Virus record (IMG/VR): IMGVR_UViG_3300032163_000002
Span: 77,028-141,027 of that record
DNA length: 64,000 bases
From: a virus
Strand: one strand, 5' to 3'
A program made the translations under genes and the position numbers. This document shows, piece by piece, positions 35,924 through 46,816 of the stretch (its first letter is position 1; each line of letters starts with the position of its first letter). The notes beneath the pieces are model-generated. The model was not told the DNA's origin and ran no database searches. It saw only the letters and a program-made list of their open reading frames with translations.

Positions 35924-38900
35924 TATACCGTCAGGAGAAAGTCGTCCATGTCTCCGTGATGCCTAAGCATTGGATGTCCTATAGGGCGATAAAGCTCAAC
36001 AACATCGCTGATATTTTCTCCAAGCTCATTCGTCAAGGTAGTCGTGTAACACTGTACACGAACCGCCAGAAGAATTTCACCTTCCACCGTCACAAGATAA
36101 GGTGTTGCCACATATCGGTAGCTCGGCGCCGATGCACACGAAAATGAAGCCACTGTCGGTCCAGCAGCATTATAGGGCATAATGAGCCCCATCGGGCCGG
36201 GTACATATACAATACTACGAAAGCCCCCTCTAACTCCCGCGTCTGCTACAGCCCGAGATACATAAGAAAGTAGTGAACTATCCTGCCAAAACGATGCATT
36301 TTCCTGCTTAAGTGTTCCACGGAAATTAGACACAGTGTTTAGAATCAGAGTGTAATAATGTGCCCGAGAAGTCATCAGGTTTCCGCTTAAAGCAAATTCC
36401 ACAGGTCTAACTGCGCGCTCATCAAATCCAGAAAGAGGAATAGGAAGCCGCTGAATACAATTCGCGTAACTGATGACACCCGGATCATTGAACAAATTTT
36501 CACTTGTTCCCTGCCCCAACGTTGTGATAAGCATTTTTTGGGGGGCCATCAATATATTTTTTCCGGCCAACCGAGGATAAAGCGTTTTCGCGTCCGAGAA
36601 ATTCATTGTAGTTGTTGGCTTTCCTCGTTGATAAACGCCTTGATAGGGCGTAAATCGGAAATGACCATACCACATCGAGCTTACTTCGGGAGGCACAAGA
36701 AATTCTGTTCGACTTACATTTGGTTCGACATAAGCACAATGCTGATCTAAAATAAGAATACGCCCGTTATTGTGATCACAGATGAAAATATATCGAGTAT
36801 CTACTGCGATACCTGTCGGACGCATCCACGAAGCCTTATCGTTGCTTCCTGTACCTGCAACACCCGCTTTACCTGTGAAGTAATAATCTGCTGCACTGAC
36901 ACAGGCAAGCTGATTCGTGCTAGCATCAGACCAGAAAATATTACCACCAACAACTTTAGTAACACTGAAAAAGTCATTTCCTCCAAACTCCGGGGCATAT
37001 CCGGCCAAAGTAAGCGGAACATAAACAGTCGCATAAGAACTAGCATTTGCGTCTACATAAACCGGCGTATCACGATTTGACCCAGCAACGTTTACTTCAA
37101 ATGGTCCGTTGTTATCCTGACACCAAAGCTTGCCTGTACCAGTTGTAAGGGCATAACTGCGCCCGGAAAGCATGGTAGGAAAAACTTGAATACGAGCGTG
37201 GGTCCACTGCGCAGAATAACATCCGGACGAACCACTCGTATTGAAATTTCCATTATCCTTGAGAATCATCATACGTTGGTTGGCAGTATCTCCAACATAA
37301 ATTCGTCCACTGGCATCTGTAGCCGTAGCAACCATGACTCTAAGTTGTCCGGTCAGTGTTTTTCCACCAGCATTAACAAAATTCAAATGGTACGTATCAT
37401 TACCGGGTGTCGAAGTATACCCGAACCTACCTACATAGGTCATCGTCGCACCAGTCGTGTTCAACTTGATGACAGTATTATTGTCGGTAATGTAAAGCCC
37501 GGAACCATCATCAGCCAAACCCATCCCCTGACCATAAGGAGTAATGTGCAAAAGTCGAGTGTTATCGTAACTTGATGAAAGCCACGCTACCCAAATATTT
37601 CGTCCCTTTGTACCAGAATATTGAATCCATTGATCGCCAAAGCTGTCTGCGAACGTCCACGTATCCGGGTCAGTATTTGTAGCTGACCATTTTTCAACAC
37701 GCTGGCGTTCACCCGCCTCATAATCCGAATCTATGTATCCACTACATCCAACGTAAAGATAATGATTTATAGAATCAAATTCCACACTCGCAGGACGAAG
37801 CCCCGGATAAGAAATTCCCCACGGGGCTAAATCCTTAAACATAGTTGAGTCTTTTGTCCGCCAAGATTGAATCGGTCCATAAGGAGTCATCGCTCCCGAA
37901 CCCGGTGCCGGGCTACTATACCTTACTTGATACAGCGACAAGTCACTCATCTTGATGGAAACAATTCGATTTTGACGCGCACCGAGTACGACGAGACCTG
38001 ATTGCGTCATATCCAGAGCGTCGTGTCCTTCATTTGATTCGAAAATATGAACTGCATCATTCGGTTCATCTAATGCAAAGTCCACTGCAAATGTTAATCC
38101 ATTTTTCGTTCCCGCGTTTATTCCACCCCAACGACCACCCGTATCCCATGCGGCTCCGTACCGCGCAAGATACCCCCAAGTGCTATCATATTTTGTAAAA
38201 ACATAACCACCATGCCCACCGGGCAAATCCGCATTTCCGTTACTCGTGAGCGTATATTTATTTCCAGATGAATCTTCACGATATCTTGGACTGGTTTTCC
38301 ACGGATCAACGGCTTGAACTGATGCTGTCTTTGCCGCCGGAATCGAATAGCCGTTTTGAAGAAATACTGTTGGCAACATTGACGTTACATTCATGACTAT
38401 GATACGGCTGCGGTCAGCCACGTACAAGTAACTATCATCCCCAAAGAATGAGTGACGCGGAAAGACACAGTGCCCATTATCCGGCATCGACACCCCTACA
38501 ACTCCGAAAGCAGAGGTATAGCTAAATCCGGACGAAACTTTCATAATTCGGTAATTCAAAGTGTCAGAAATATAAATGTTGCCAGAGCCATCCACTGCTA
38601 CACCTTGAGGTGTATTCAAGTGACTAGTATCCGTACCCGGTGTACCGGTTGTTCCAAACTGCCCTTGATAGACCATCGACGAGTTCAATTTAACTATCCG
38701 GTGATTACTGGCATCCGCTATGTAGACGTTTCCTGATCCATCAAGAAAAATTGCCGCAGGAGCATTGAGGTGAGTATTATCGGCTCCAGAAGTGGCATAA
38801 ACACCAAATGACGCTGAAATAGCCAGCGTTGAACGGTTGACTTTCCATGCTTTATGTGCAAGACGATCACACACATAAAAATAAGTAGCGTCTACTGCAA

Positions 38901-40848
38901 TACCAGTAGGTGCAAGAAATTGATCTGTTCCTATGTAAATTACGCTTTGTACTGAAGCCGCAGACGCCGATGGATTCGTGTAAGTTTGTCCGACGATTGA
39001 TTTGTTGGCTTTATTAAACCCCACAACAGGCGGGAAAGAAACTTTTATCAACCCGACAATGGTGCCCGTGGCTGAATAGTTGGCATCTCCTGTGTTTAAT
39101 GTTGCAGTAAGAGTAGACGCACCAAGAGTCGCCCAAGCCACAGAAAGTGCCACCGGCTTTTTAGATCCGCTCCACCAAAGAAGCGGAGCTTCAAACATGG
39201 CCGTTCCAGCATTTCCCACTGTTTGTCCGGATGATTTCAAGGTAATAACTGCGTCAGCAACAGACGCAAAATTCGTGGGCGTTCCCGTGGTAGATTGAAG
39301 ATTGATTGTAAACCCGACAACTTGTATTTCTGCCTGCGCACTATAAAGCCGCTGAAAGGCATTCGGAATCATTCGATTCGCGCCAGTGTCCACCAACTGC
39401 CACGTTTTTGACTGTGCAGACGCTGCAAGTGAATACGCACCAACAATTCCCGATCCGCCAACCGCTTCGTTTGTTCCAGCAATCGTATCCTCAACATAAT
39501 ACTGACCATAATCCAGATACCCATGTCGAGTTTTCAATTCACCTCGCAAAAGCCGGTCAAATGATTCCTCCAAAATTCGGTTCAAATTCGTCCGTTCAGA
39601 TACGACAGACGGAGCAATAAACACGAGATCATTAGGTTCAATTTTATCATGGAAGAAACCATCAGGTCGTGCGGAATCCCCTGTAACCCATGTTCCAGTA
39701 CCTCCAGAAGTCTTTGTACCATTCTGATTCGAAATCGTCCATTGCCCGGTATTTCTACGAAAAACAAGAGCCACAGGAATCGCATATACGTAACCATCAA
39801 TGGTATTCAATTCTGTCTTCGAAGTACCATCACCACTACCAGCCATCCAAAGAGAGGGGTCTCCTTTCGTGTCCTGCGCAGCAATAAAGACGTTCCGCGC
39901 CGTCGGAGAACCGGGTACAGAGCTATTACCCCCCTGTGCGAGCACATTTGCTTGATCTGACATTCCCATCGGGTTATAGTCTGGTGAAGCCACTGGCGAA
40001 ACACGCAGCCGATGACGTACCTGAAAGTAATCTCCGTTATTGCCGCCCCAAAATCCAACATTACCTTGCAAGGTTGAATCATCAGGTGAAGTAATAACAG
40101 CAGCTTGTGAGCCCACAGCACCGTAAGCATAGAAGCTGGGGCCACTACGCGCGACATTCTGAAACCAAACCTCAATCCAAAGCAAATCTACTCTACTATT
40201 TGCAGCCGGCGCAGCAGGGAGATTCCAACAAATTTCATTGGTAATCCCAAAAGTGCTTGCCCCTCCCGCTTCATTAAACAAAGTAACGAGCACGCCCCCG
40301 ACGTTCACATAAATAGGACGGTAAGCCAGAAAATCTCTTGCGCCTGTACCGCCATTCATCCGCATGTTGTTCCCGTTCCCGAGATATACCTTATTCGTTC
40401 CTTTTGTAACATCCTCATCTCGCAAATAAATTTGTCCAAATACTGACAAAGAAGATGTACCTGCAAGAGGAACAGGAACGGTTCCAACGCCAAGCGATGC
40501 AGAAATGTCGCTCGTCTTTAATACATCCGTAATCGGAAAAAGCACCCCGGAAGCATACCGTGCTTGCCACGATTGCGCTCGTGCCATGAATTCAGCGAAG
40601 GCAATCTGCTTTTGTGGGTAGCCTGCCGCGAGTTCAAGATCATCGAGCCGTGCATCAAGTGAAGCGTAGGTCTGCTGAAGCCCTGTGCGTGCCTGTATGA
40701 CCTCCGCTGTCGTCGCTTCTAATTCAGTATTCAGCGCGATGTCATTAAGAATTAAATTCCGAAGTGGTCTGTTATCGACATCAAATCTGTAAATATCCGA
40801 TGAGGTAAAAAGCTGTACGTCTGAGTCACTTGTCAATATAGTTGCCAT
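35923..40848 (-). CDS. Tail fibre/receptor-binding protein with NHL-repeat beta-propeller(s)
   Basis: 1641 aa; N-terminal DNRPL; NHL repeats LNAPAAIFLDGSGNVYIADASNHRIVK and LNTPQGVAVDGSGNIYISDTLNYRI; located after the baseplate genes. Confidence 0.8.
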   Translation of the reverse strand: MATILTSDSDVQLFTSSDIYRFDVDNRPLRNLILNDIALNTELEATTAEVIQARTGLQQTYASLDARLDDLELAAGYPQKQIAFAEFMARAQSWQARYASGVLFPITDVLKTSDISASLGVGTVPVPLAGTSSLSVFGQIYLRDEDVTKGTNKVYLGNGNNMRMNGGTGARDFLAYRPIYVNVGGVLVTLFNEAGGASTFGITNEICWNLPAAPAANSRVDLLWIEVWFQNVARSGPSFYAYGAVGSQAAVITSPDDSTLQGNVGFWGGNNGDYFQVRHRLRVSPVASPDYNPMGMSDQANVLAQGGNSSVPGSPTARNVFIAAQDTKGDPSLWMAGSGDGTSKTELNTIDGYVYAIPVALVFRRNTGQWTISNQNGTKTSGGTGTWVTGDSARPDGFFHDKIEPNDLVFIAPSVVSERTNLNRILEESFDRLLRGELKTRHGYLDYGQYYVEDTIAGTNEAVGGSGIVGAYSLAASAQSKTWQLVDTGANRMIPNAFQRLYSAQAEIQVVGFTINLQSTTGTPTNFASVADAVITLKSSGQTVGNAGTAMFEAPLLWWSGSKKPVALSVAWATLGASTLTATLNTGDANYSATGTIVGLIKVSFPPVVGFNKANKSIVGQTYTNPSASAASVQSVIYIGTDQFLAPTGIAVDATYFYVCDRLAHKAWKVNRSTLAISASFGVYATSGADNTHLNAPAAIFLDGSGNVYIADASNHRIVKLNSSMVYQGQFGTTGTPGTDTSHLNTPQGVAVDGSGNIYISDTLNYRIMKVSSGFSYTSAFGVVGVSMPDNGHCVFPRHSFFGDDSYLYVADRSRIIVMNVTSMLPTVFLQNGYSIPAAKTASVQAVDPWKTSPRYREDSSGNKYTLTSNGNADLPGGHGGYVFTKYDSTWGYLARYGAAWDTGGRWGGINAGTKNGLTFAVDFALDEPNDAVHIFESNEGHDALDMTQSGLVVLGARQNRIVSIKMSDLSLYQVRYSSPAPGSGAMTPYGPIQSWRTKDSTMFKDLAPWGISYPGLRPASVEFDSINHYLYVGCSGYIDSDYEAGERQRVEKWSATNTDPDTWTFADSFGDQWIQYSGTKGRNIWVAWLSSSYDNTRLLHITPYGQGMGLADDGSGLYITDNNTVIKLNTTGATMTYVGRFGYTSTPGNDTYHLNFVNAGGKTLTGQLRVMVATATDASGRIYVGDTANQRMMILKDNGNFNTSGSSGCYSAQWTHARIQVFPTMLSGRSYALTTGTGKLWCQDNNGPFEVNVAGSNRDTPVYVDANASSYATVYVPLTLAGYAPEFGGNDFFSVTKVVGGNIFWSDASTNQLACVSAADYYFTGKAGVAGTGSNDKASWMRPTGIAVDTRYIFICDHNNGRILILDQHCAYVEPNVSRTEFLVPPEVSSMWYGHFRFTPYQGVYQRGKPTTTMNFSDAKTLYPRLAGKNILMAPQKMLITTLGQGTSENLFNDPGVISYANCIQRLPIPLSGFDERAVRPVEFALSGNLMTSRAHYYTLILNTVSNFRGTLKQENASFWQDSSLLSYVSRAVADAGVRGGFRSIVYVPGPMGLIMPYNAAGPTVASFSCASAPSYRYVATPYLVTVEGEILLAVRVQCYTTTLTNELGENISDVVELYRPIGHPMLRHHGDMDDFLLTV

Positions 40849-40930
40849 TTACGATCTCTCCCTATTCAGATAATGCCTTCAGAGCTAAAACTTGTTTCCA
40901 AAGTAAAGACGGAGCTGAATTTTGGTATAG

Positions 40931-41494
40931 CTAAAATATGTAGGTCCAAACAGCGGTCAGAACTACCGTGTTGTCCTTCGTGATAGCTCCTGAAACCTTA
41001 TGACTGAAAATGTCTCCATTACCTTTCACAAGACAAGCTTCGTGATAAGTCTGCGTTCCAGAACCATTACCTTCACTTGATCCAACGACCGCTGTAAACC
41101 GCACTTTCAATCCCGTAGAACCATCAGGGAAATCGTAAGACGTAGATTTCTGAATGATGAGCGAACCCGATAATCCAGTATCATCCACCGTTGGAGCCGT
41201 TGAACCGTCTCCGAATTTCATAGCAACGACTTTATGATTATCAGTGGAATCTCCGGCCAGAAGATGCGCAAGACTAATTCTTCCAAGCTTCACAACAATA
41301 TTGTGTCCAGTATCTATACCAAGGATTTCACCTGTCAACGCATGTGAACGAATAATCGTAAGGATGCCAAAGCCCGCAGGAGCCCGATCAACACCAACAC
41401 TTAACCAAATAGCTCGAAAAGCCATTTCAGCGGAATGTTCAATTTCACGCAACTTAGCTTCAAGAAGCGGATGAAGTTTTTTCGTACGAGACAT
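40931..41494 (-). CDS. Tail-collar/fibre-attachment protein
   Basis: HNIVV..GR..LA.LL, MKFGDG, EACL...G.IFS, ITKD...L...WTYIF pattern. Confidence 0.7.
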   Translation of the reverse strand: MSRTKKLHPLLEAKLREIEHSAEMAFRAIWLSVGVDRAPAGFGILTIIRSHALTGEILGIDTGHNIVVKLGRISLAHLLAGDSTDNHKVVAMKFGDGSTAPTVDDTGLSGSLIIQKSTSYDFPDGSTGLKVRFTAVVGSSEGNGSGTQTYHEACLVKGNGDIFSHKVSGAITKDNTVVLTAVWTYIF

Positions 41495-41503
41495 GACAAC
41501 CTC

Positions 41504-43363
41504 CTAAACGTGTGTTGTTATAACAAGCCGCGAAGCATATTCATAAGTCTGATCTCTTGTGGGAGGGTAATAAGGATTTCGAGACGGCCAATCATTCATG
41601 TCTACTACACCGATAGGAGACCCAACCGGATATCCTCCAACCCCCAAGCCGTCACGGTGCATGATAAAATGATAGGTTTCTTCTTCTATCGGTGATTCGT
41701 CCCAATAGAAGTCTTCTTGAGGGTGACAATAACCACGTTCAGGAAGCCTTTTCATGTTAATTGTCGGGTCCGTAGAAGAGTGAAGACCCGGCTCTTTTCG
41801 TGTAACCCCAAGTGCGAGCAACCCTTTTCCATCAAGGCGAGTTGAACGTATGGCATCTCGGTAATAAATAGGATCGTCAGGTAAACAGTATGGAAGATAC
41901 CAACCCGGTTCTTCTGGATACCAGTCTACGTCCATTTCAGTCTGCTCAGTAGGAATCGGGCCACACTCGACAAATGGAATTACGAACATGATATAGTCAA
42001 GCACCGTGTGAGCAGGACGGAAATAATCAATCCTCTCCATGAGATATTTCAAGTCTTCTGTAGAAAATGAAACAGACGTTCCACTCGATTCCATAGGACA
42101 TGCAACAGGGTCCGTATTGTACGGATATATTGGTGTCGGAACCATAATTGAAAGTGGCTGAATACGAAGGCCGAAGTAAGGTGACTTATACCAGTTCCCA
42201 CCATTCTCTAACAGGTAGGAAGAATTATCTGGAGGTGGAAGTGGATTCCCTGCATCATCCTTGTAAACATAATCAGTATAGGTGTTCGTCATCACCGTCG
42301 GATAAAACAGAGAGTAATTATCCGTCCAGAGTTCTTGAATAGAAAGGTCATAATCGAGCATGTAGAAAAGAATTTTGAAGACTTCAAAGGTTCCTTTCCA
42401 TTTCCAAAGCTCGACAGCATTTTTGAGTTGAAATCGCTGAGATTCAATGGAATCAAGCCGGTTCAATGGATACCCAAGTAAATAAGCAAGTGCATCAAAA
42501 TACTTCGAATCACAATGTTCTATGTCAAAAATATCCGTGAACTGGTCTATCAGCGATTTGACTTCATCTTGCGTCAACGCTAGGATTTGAATGAAATTCT
42601 GCAAATCCCCCGTCTGTTTGTCATCATCCTGCATTACCGCAGGTAAGTAACTAAAAAGACGTGTTTGAAAAAATCCACTAAGCACTTCTGTAGCTGGAGA
42701 CTCAACAGAAGGAGCCAGAAGTTCAGTCTTCGCCCCATCCTGTGCCACAGAATAGCGGAGTGCTCGTGCTGTAACAAGATCATTTTTAGAGAGCGGAAGC
42801 AAAGGAGAATCCGATACACCCAATAAATCAAATGTCCAGTGCCCCATCTTATTTGACTGTGTGTTAGCAAGAAAGGTACTATTAACGTAAATCGAAATCG
42901 CTACACCTTCAGCAATATTATTGGAAAGATCCGCGTTAAACGGCGTGATGCCATTTAACAAAGGCACGTCCCCGGCAATATATCTCTGACGTTCATAAAT
43001 TGGTGACGGTGCTTTCGAAAGATCATCCTGAGCATAAGGTGCGCGCGGTTGATCAATACCCCCAACAATGTAAACGATAGTCGAATCGGAAACATCTTTT
43101 CCAACAGCCCGAGCTTTTACATAAAGCTGATCACCAAATTTAACTCGTTGAATACCACCGACAAAAACAAACTCTGAAATATTAACCTGCCAACTTTTAA
43201 CAGACAAAGAATCCGCACGAGTAAAAGCTGTAGCCACACGTCGTGTGTTCAAATAAACATAAATGATCGCTCCGGCAACTTCTTCATTCAAAGTTCCACT
43301 GATTTGCGCAGTGCCACTAAAAATAGTAGCACGATCAACTTTCGGTGTAACTGTTTTAACCAT
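41504..43363 (-). CDS. Baseplate wedge protein (P2 gpI/T4 gp7-like) with N-terminal Ig-like domains
   Basis: YLPA, IFDIEHCD..YFDALAYLLG, LWKWKGT, RPAHT. Confidence 0.8.
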   Translation of the reverse strand: MVKTVTPKVDRATIFSGTAQISGTLNEEVAGAIIYVYLNTRRVATAFTRADSLSVKSWQVNISEFVFVGGIQRVKFGDQLYVKARAVGKDVSDSTIVYIVGGIDQPRAPYAQDDLSKAPSPIYERQRYIAGDVPLLNGITPFNADLSNNIAEGVAISIYVNSTFLANTQSNKMGHWTFDLLGVSDSPLLPLSKNDLVTARALRYSVAQDGAKTELLAPSVESPATEVLSGFFQTRLFSYLPAVMQDDDKQTGDLQNFIQILALTQDEVKSLIDQFTDIFDIEHCDSKYFDALAYLLGYPLNRLDSIESQRFQLKNAVELWKWKGTFEVFKILFYMLDYDLSIQELWTDNYSLFYPTVMTNTYTDYVYKDDAGNPLPPPDNSSYLLENGGNWYKSPYFGLRIQPLSIMVPTPIYPYNTDPVACPMESSGTSVSFSTEDLKYLMERIDYFRPAHTVLDYIMFVIPFVECGPIPTEQTEMDVDWYPEEPGWYLPYCLPDDPIYYRDAIRSTRLDGKGLLALGVTRKEPGLHSSTDPTINMKRLPERGYCHPQEDFYWDESPIEEETYHFIMHRDGLGVGGYPVGSPIGVVDMNDWPSRNPYYPPTRDQTYEYASRLVITTHV

Positions 43364-43369
43364 TACTAT

Positions 43370-45166
43370 TCACGGCAAAGTCAAGCAAGGATTCGGCAGT
43401 GGATCAGGAACGGGTGAATCAATATTAGCAGTCGTTGTGATTCTAACGTGCTCAATGGCACTACCATCTTTAGCATCTCCAAGAATTGCCTTATTAGACT
43501 TGTCAAAATCGTTGATACGAATAAGTTTCCAGCGAGACACCGGAATATCCGCATAATCAGGTATCGTTTCTATCCACCGATAAACGGTTTGATATATGCC
43601 TGTACCTATAATACCTCCATCATTATCATCGCTAGAACCCCCCTGCGAACCAATCGGTTGAAAATTCGTACCCCCAACAAGAATTATACCTTGTGTATAC
43701 ACAGACTGACTGAGCTTGACCGTCGCCCATGAAACTCCCGGTACACTGGAAATGAGTTTTGCTACGAGCGACTGCCGAGCATCCTGTCCAAATTCCACGT
43801 TGGCGTAAGAGAAATAATCCTGTACTGCCAGCTTTACATCTGCCGCGACAATTTCCGGGTCATACCGCATTCGATCCACGGCAACGATAGCCGATATGAT
43901 GATGTCTACCCATTCTGGCGCGCGAAAAACAAGACGAGTTGTAACCGGCTTTCGTTCTTCCAAGAGTGTTTGTACGTTGGATTTAATTGTTGTATAAGCT
44001 GTGGAGTCTGATTCGACAAGATTTCCGTTAGTGTCAAGCGCCAAAAATACTACCATGACTCGATTGATAAGCTTGACGTTTGGATGCTCTTCTTCCTGTT
44101 CACCCCACGCATTTGCTTTATCGACACCGTTGATACTACGAGTAAGAGCTATGTAATCATTCTTGGACATTGCCCGAAAAAGCGCAGACAATAACGCTGG
44201 TCCATTCTGTTTCGCATTTTCAATCGTCTCAGGATCTGCGCCTCCCGAAATTGGAAGAATATTCGTAGCAATTAGCTGTACAGGAATTCCGTTCGCGTCT
44301 GTAATAACAGAAGAAACACTGGTAATAGTGCCCGCAGCTAGATTTCCTACGGAGCCTAAAGTGAGAATCGGATAAACATAAATATTTTGGCCTAATGCTG
44401 GAATTTTCCCGAACTTTCCATCTCCAAATTGCACGTAGACATTTCCTCGTGCATCTTCACTTGACTGAAAAACTTGATCATTTGACTCGGAAGTAAGAAA
44501 CGATGAAACATTGGACCAAGAAAGCGAGGAAGCTTCCGATGAGCCAATCTTGACGATGAGCAGGTTTCGATCAATACCTTGTATGCTTAATACGTATCGT
44601 TGATTTGCCGTACCATCTGCTGAAAAAACTTCCGGAGCAGTTATTTTTTGCCCTTGAATGACTCCAACTATCACAGAACCCGGAGCACCCGGTTCTGACG
44701 CTGTTAAGTAAGCATCTTCCGTAGTATAAAAATCCACAGAGTCTACGTTGTCACTACGCCCGGAAAGTTGAGTTCCAGCCGGAATATAAATTGAATTCGC
44801 GTGTCCATTCACAGTTCCATATGTAGGACTACTAGCCGCTGGAGACACGGAGAGTGTAACTTGTCCTTTGGCTGCACCATACCCCAACAAATCATAATCT
44901 ATAAGCTTCAACAAATTTTTGACATTAGCTCGTTGTACCGCAGTTGGAAGCTGTGTCTCAGAAAATTTCTTATCAAGGTAAAAGAGCAACTGATCTTGCA
45001 TGGCAATGAGAAGCTCAAGAACCGCAATACCAAGATCAGATTCATTTAGATCCGTCCAACGCCCGACGCTTAATACCGGAATTCGCGCAAAAAGTTCATC
45101 TCGCAACGAGCGCCAATCTGCATTCGTATAAGAAATTTTAGCAGCAGGAGTAAGTTGTAAAGTCAT
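43370..45166 (-). CDS. Baseplate wedge subunit (gpJ/T4 gp6-like)
   Basis: WTDLNESDLG, QFGDGKFGKIP, GGADPETIE, RAMSKNDY. Confidence 0.9.
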   Translation of the reverse strand: MTLQLTPAAKISYTNADWRSLRDELFARIPVLSVGRWTDLNESDLGIAVLELLIAMQDQLLFYLDKKFSETQLPTAVQRANVKNLLKLIDYDLLGYGAAKGQVTLSVSPAASSPTYGTVNGHANSIYIPAGTQLSGRSDNVDSVDFYTTEDAYLTASEPGAPGSVIVGVIQGQKITAPEVFSADGTANQRYVLSIQGIDRNLLIVKIGSSEASSLSWSNVSSFLTSESNDQVFQSSEDARGNVYVQFGDGKFGKIPALGQNIYVYPILTLGSVGNLAAGTITSVSSVITDANGIPVQLIATNILPISGGADPETIENAKQNGPALLSALFRAMSKNDYIALTRSINGVDKANAWGEQEEEHPNVKLINRVMVVFLALDTNGNLVESDSTAYTTIKSNVQTLLEERKPVTTRLVFRAPEWVDIIISAIVAVDRMRYDPEIVAADVKLAVQDYFSYANVEFGQDARQSLVAKLISSVPGVSWATVKLSQSVYTQGIILVGGTNFQPIGSQGGSSDDNDGGIIGTGIYQTVYRWIETIPDYADIPVSRWKLIRINDFDKSNKAILGDAKDGSAIEHVRITTTANIDSPVPDPLPNPCLTLP

Positions 45167-46791
45167 TATGGCCTACCTTGAATAGGAAGTACCATACCCT
45201 TAGTAGAAATTCTATTTGATTCAAAACCTGTCACGCTGCTCGTCATAGACATTCCCTTGATTTCAAAAGGAAAGACGAAAGATCCCGTTTGGTGTGTCTG
45301 TACCACGTAGAAATTGATGACGATTCCAATATACTCAGGACGATTATCGTCCCTCTGGAAATAGACATTTGTGATGGTAATACGCCGTTCCCAACGCCGC
45401 AAAGACTCGACAGTGTAATAATAAAGAAGTTGATTCGTAAACCCATCACTCGGTTCAAAAACAAGATCATAAAGCCTTGAATTATGGATGAAAACCCCAG
45501 CACTTACAGCATAATTTTCAGTCGTTGAATTTGCCAAGTCAAATACTTCGAGAACCAACCCGGTTTTTTCTACAAAAAGAACTTTATGATTATGCCATTT
45601 ATTTCCCTTCAGTATTTGTGGGGCTAACAAAGCTACTGGAATTCGACGTATCAAGGTCGCGCGACTAATCTTAAAATGCGAACATACACGCTGCACAACT
45701 TCAGTTCTATTCTCAACCCGCAAAGTAGTTGAAAATTTACGAATAACCTCTGCTGATATTGGCTTTTTGCGCACTAATCCAAGCGTGCGTGCATAAGCCC
45801 GCCCTAAAAGACTGCGCGACCACACCCCACTTTGCCCTACTCTCCTACATACTTCTACACGATGCTCATGTGCAAGACGCTGTCGCTCTGGACTGTGCCT
45901 ACGCGCGTACTCTTCAAGCCGTAACATCTCTCGACGTTCCCGCATGATTTTCCAACGCTCTGCCAAAGATGCCTTCATTTTCGAAATACGCCTCTCTTCC
46001 GAATGTGCAGAGCGTCTGTAAGCAGCCAGATTTTTCAAAGCAATAGCTCGCATTTTTTCCCGGTGCTTCGGGTCTTTCCAAAGTCGTTCCAAAGGCATTC
46101 CCGGAGTAAACATATGCTTGATATGCTGAGCATGAAGCTCAATATGTTCTTTTTTCTCCAGCGCCACAAGATTATCCGGACTATTGTTTCGCTTACAAAA
46201 ATCTTTATGATGTACGATATGTCCAACTTTTACGTTTAATACTACCCTGTGGGTAGGACACCATTTGTTCAAGTGAGAAAGATATGTTTCCTCATATCCT
46301 TTTCGATTTATCTTGCGATAAAGAGGCATTAAAGACATTCCAGTAAGAAGATTTTCAGCCGAACAATACATACCCCCCCGTAACATGAAGGGGTGTCCAG
46401 CCGTCACCAAAATAGATTCCATGTTATCTAGCGTAACACGAAGCACTTCTTGAAATCCACGAGATACGGCACCGGGAGAGAACGCAGGAACCATTTTACC
46501 GTCCCTATTCCCGTAAACCCATACCGGAACACCTACAAGTTCTCTAATTAAACGCTCTGTGCCGTTCAAGAGTGGGATTTTCGTATCTCCTGACACGCAA
46601 CCGAATTCTGGTTGCATAATACGTTCACCGGGACGGGTACGTAAAATCGTCTGAATCGAAGAGATAATTTTGTCAAGCCCGTTGGCCGTTGTGACTGCAC
46701 GAACTCCTTTTCCCACAGAAAAAGAAAAAGGAGACCGCATTCCGGTTCCAATTACGTCGCGCGAGCCGAGAGGTACACCAGTAAGTGACAA
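45166..46791 (-). CDS. Baseplate wedge subunit gp25/GPW-like, intein-containing
   Basis: Spliced extein ILRTRPGERIMQPEFG/SRLYDLVFEP...LRRWERRI, the gp25 signature. Confidence 0.9.
   Translation of the reverse strand: MSLTGVPLGSRDVIGTGMRSPFSFSVGKGVRAVTTANGLDKIISSIQTILRTRPGERIMQPEFGCVSGDTKIPLLNGTERLIRELVGVPVWVYGNRDGKMVPAFSPGAVSRGFQEVLRVTLDNMESILVTAGHPFMLRGGMYCSAENLLTGMSLMPLYRKINRKGYEETYLSHLNKWCPTHRVVLNVKVGHIVHHKDFCKRNNSPDNLVALEKKEHIELHAQHIKHMFTPGMPLERLWKDPKHREKMRAIALKNLAAYRRSAHSEERRISKMKASLAERWKIMRERREMLRLEEYARRHSPERQRLAHEHRVEVCRRVGQSGVWSRSLLGRAYARTLGLVRKKPISAEVIRKFSTTLRVENRTEVVQRVCSHFKISRATLIRRIPVALLAPQILKGNKWHNHKVLFVEKTGLVLEVFDLANSTTENYAVSAGVFIHNSRLYDLVFEPSDGFTNQLLYYYTVESLRRWERRITITNVYFQRDDNRPEYIGIVINFYVVQTHQTGSFVFPFEIKGMSMTSSVTGFESNRISTKGMVLPIQGRP
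45481..46599 (-). mobile_element. Intein (373 aa) with HNH-type endonuclease in gp25
   Basis: EFG|CVSGDTKIPLLNG...VTAGHPFM...THRVV...VHHKDFCKRNNSPDNL...VFDL...GVFIHN|S. Confidence 0.92.
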
Positions 46792-46816
46792 CGAAGTTCT
46801 CTCCTACGAAGATAGT

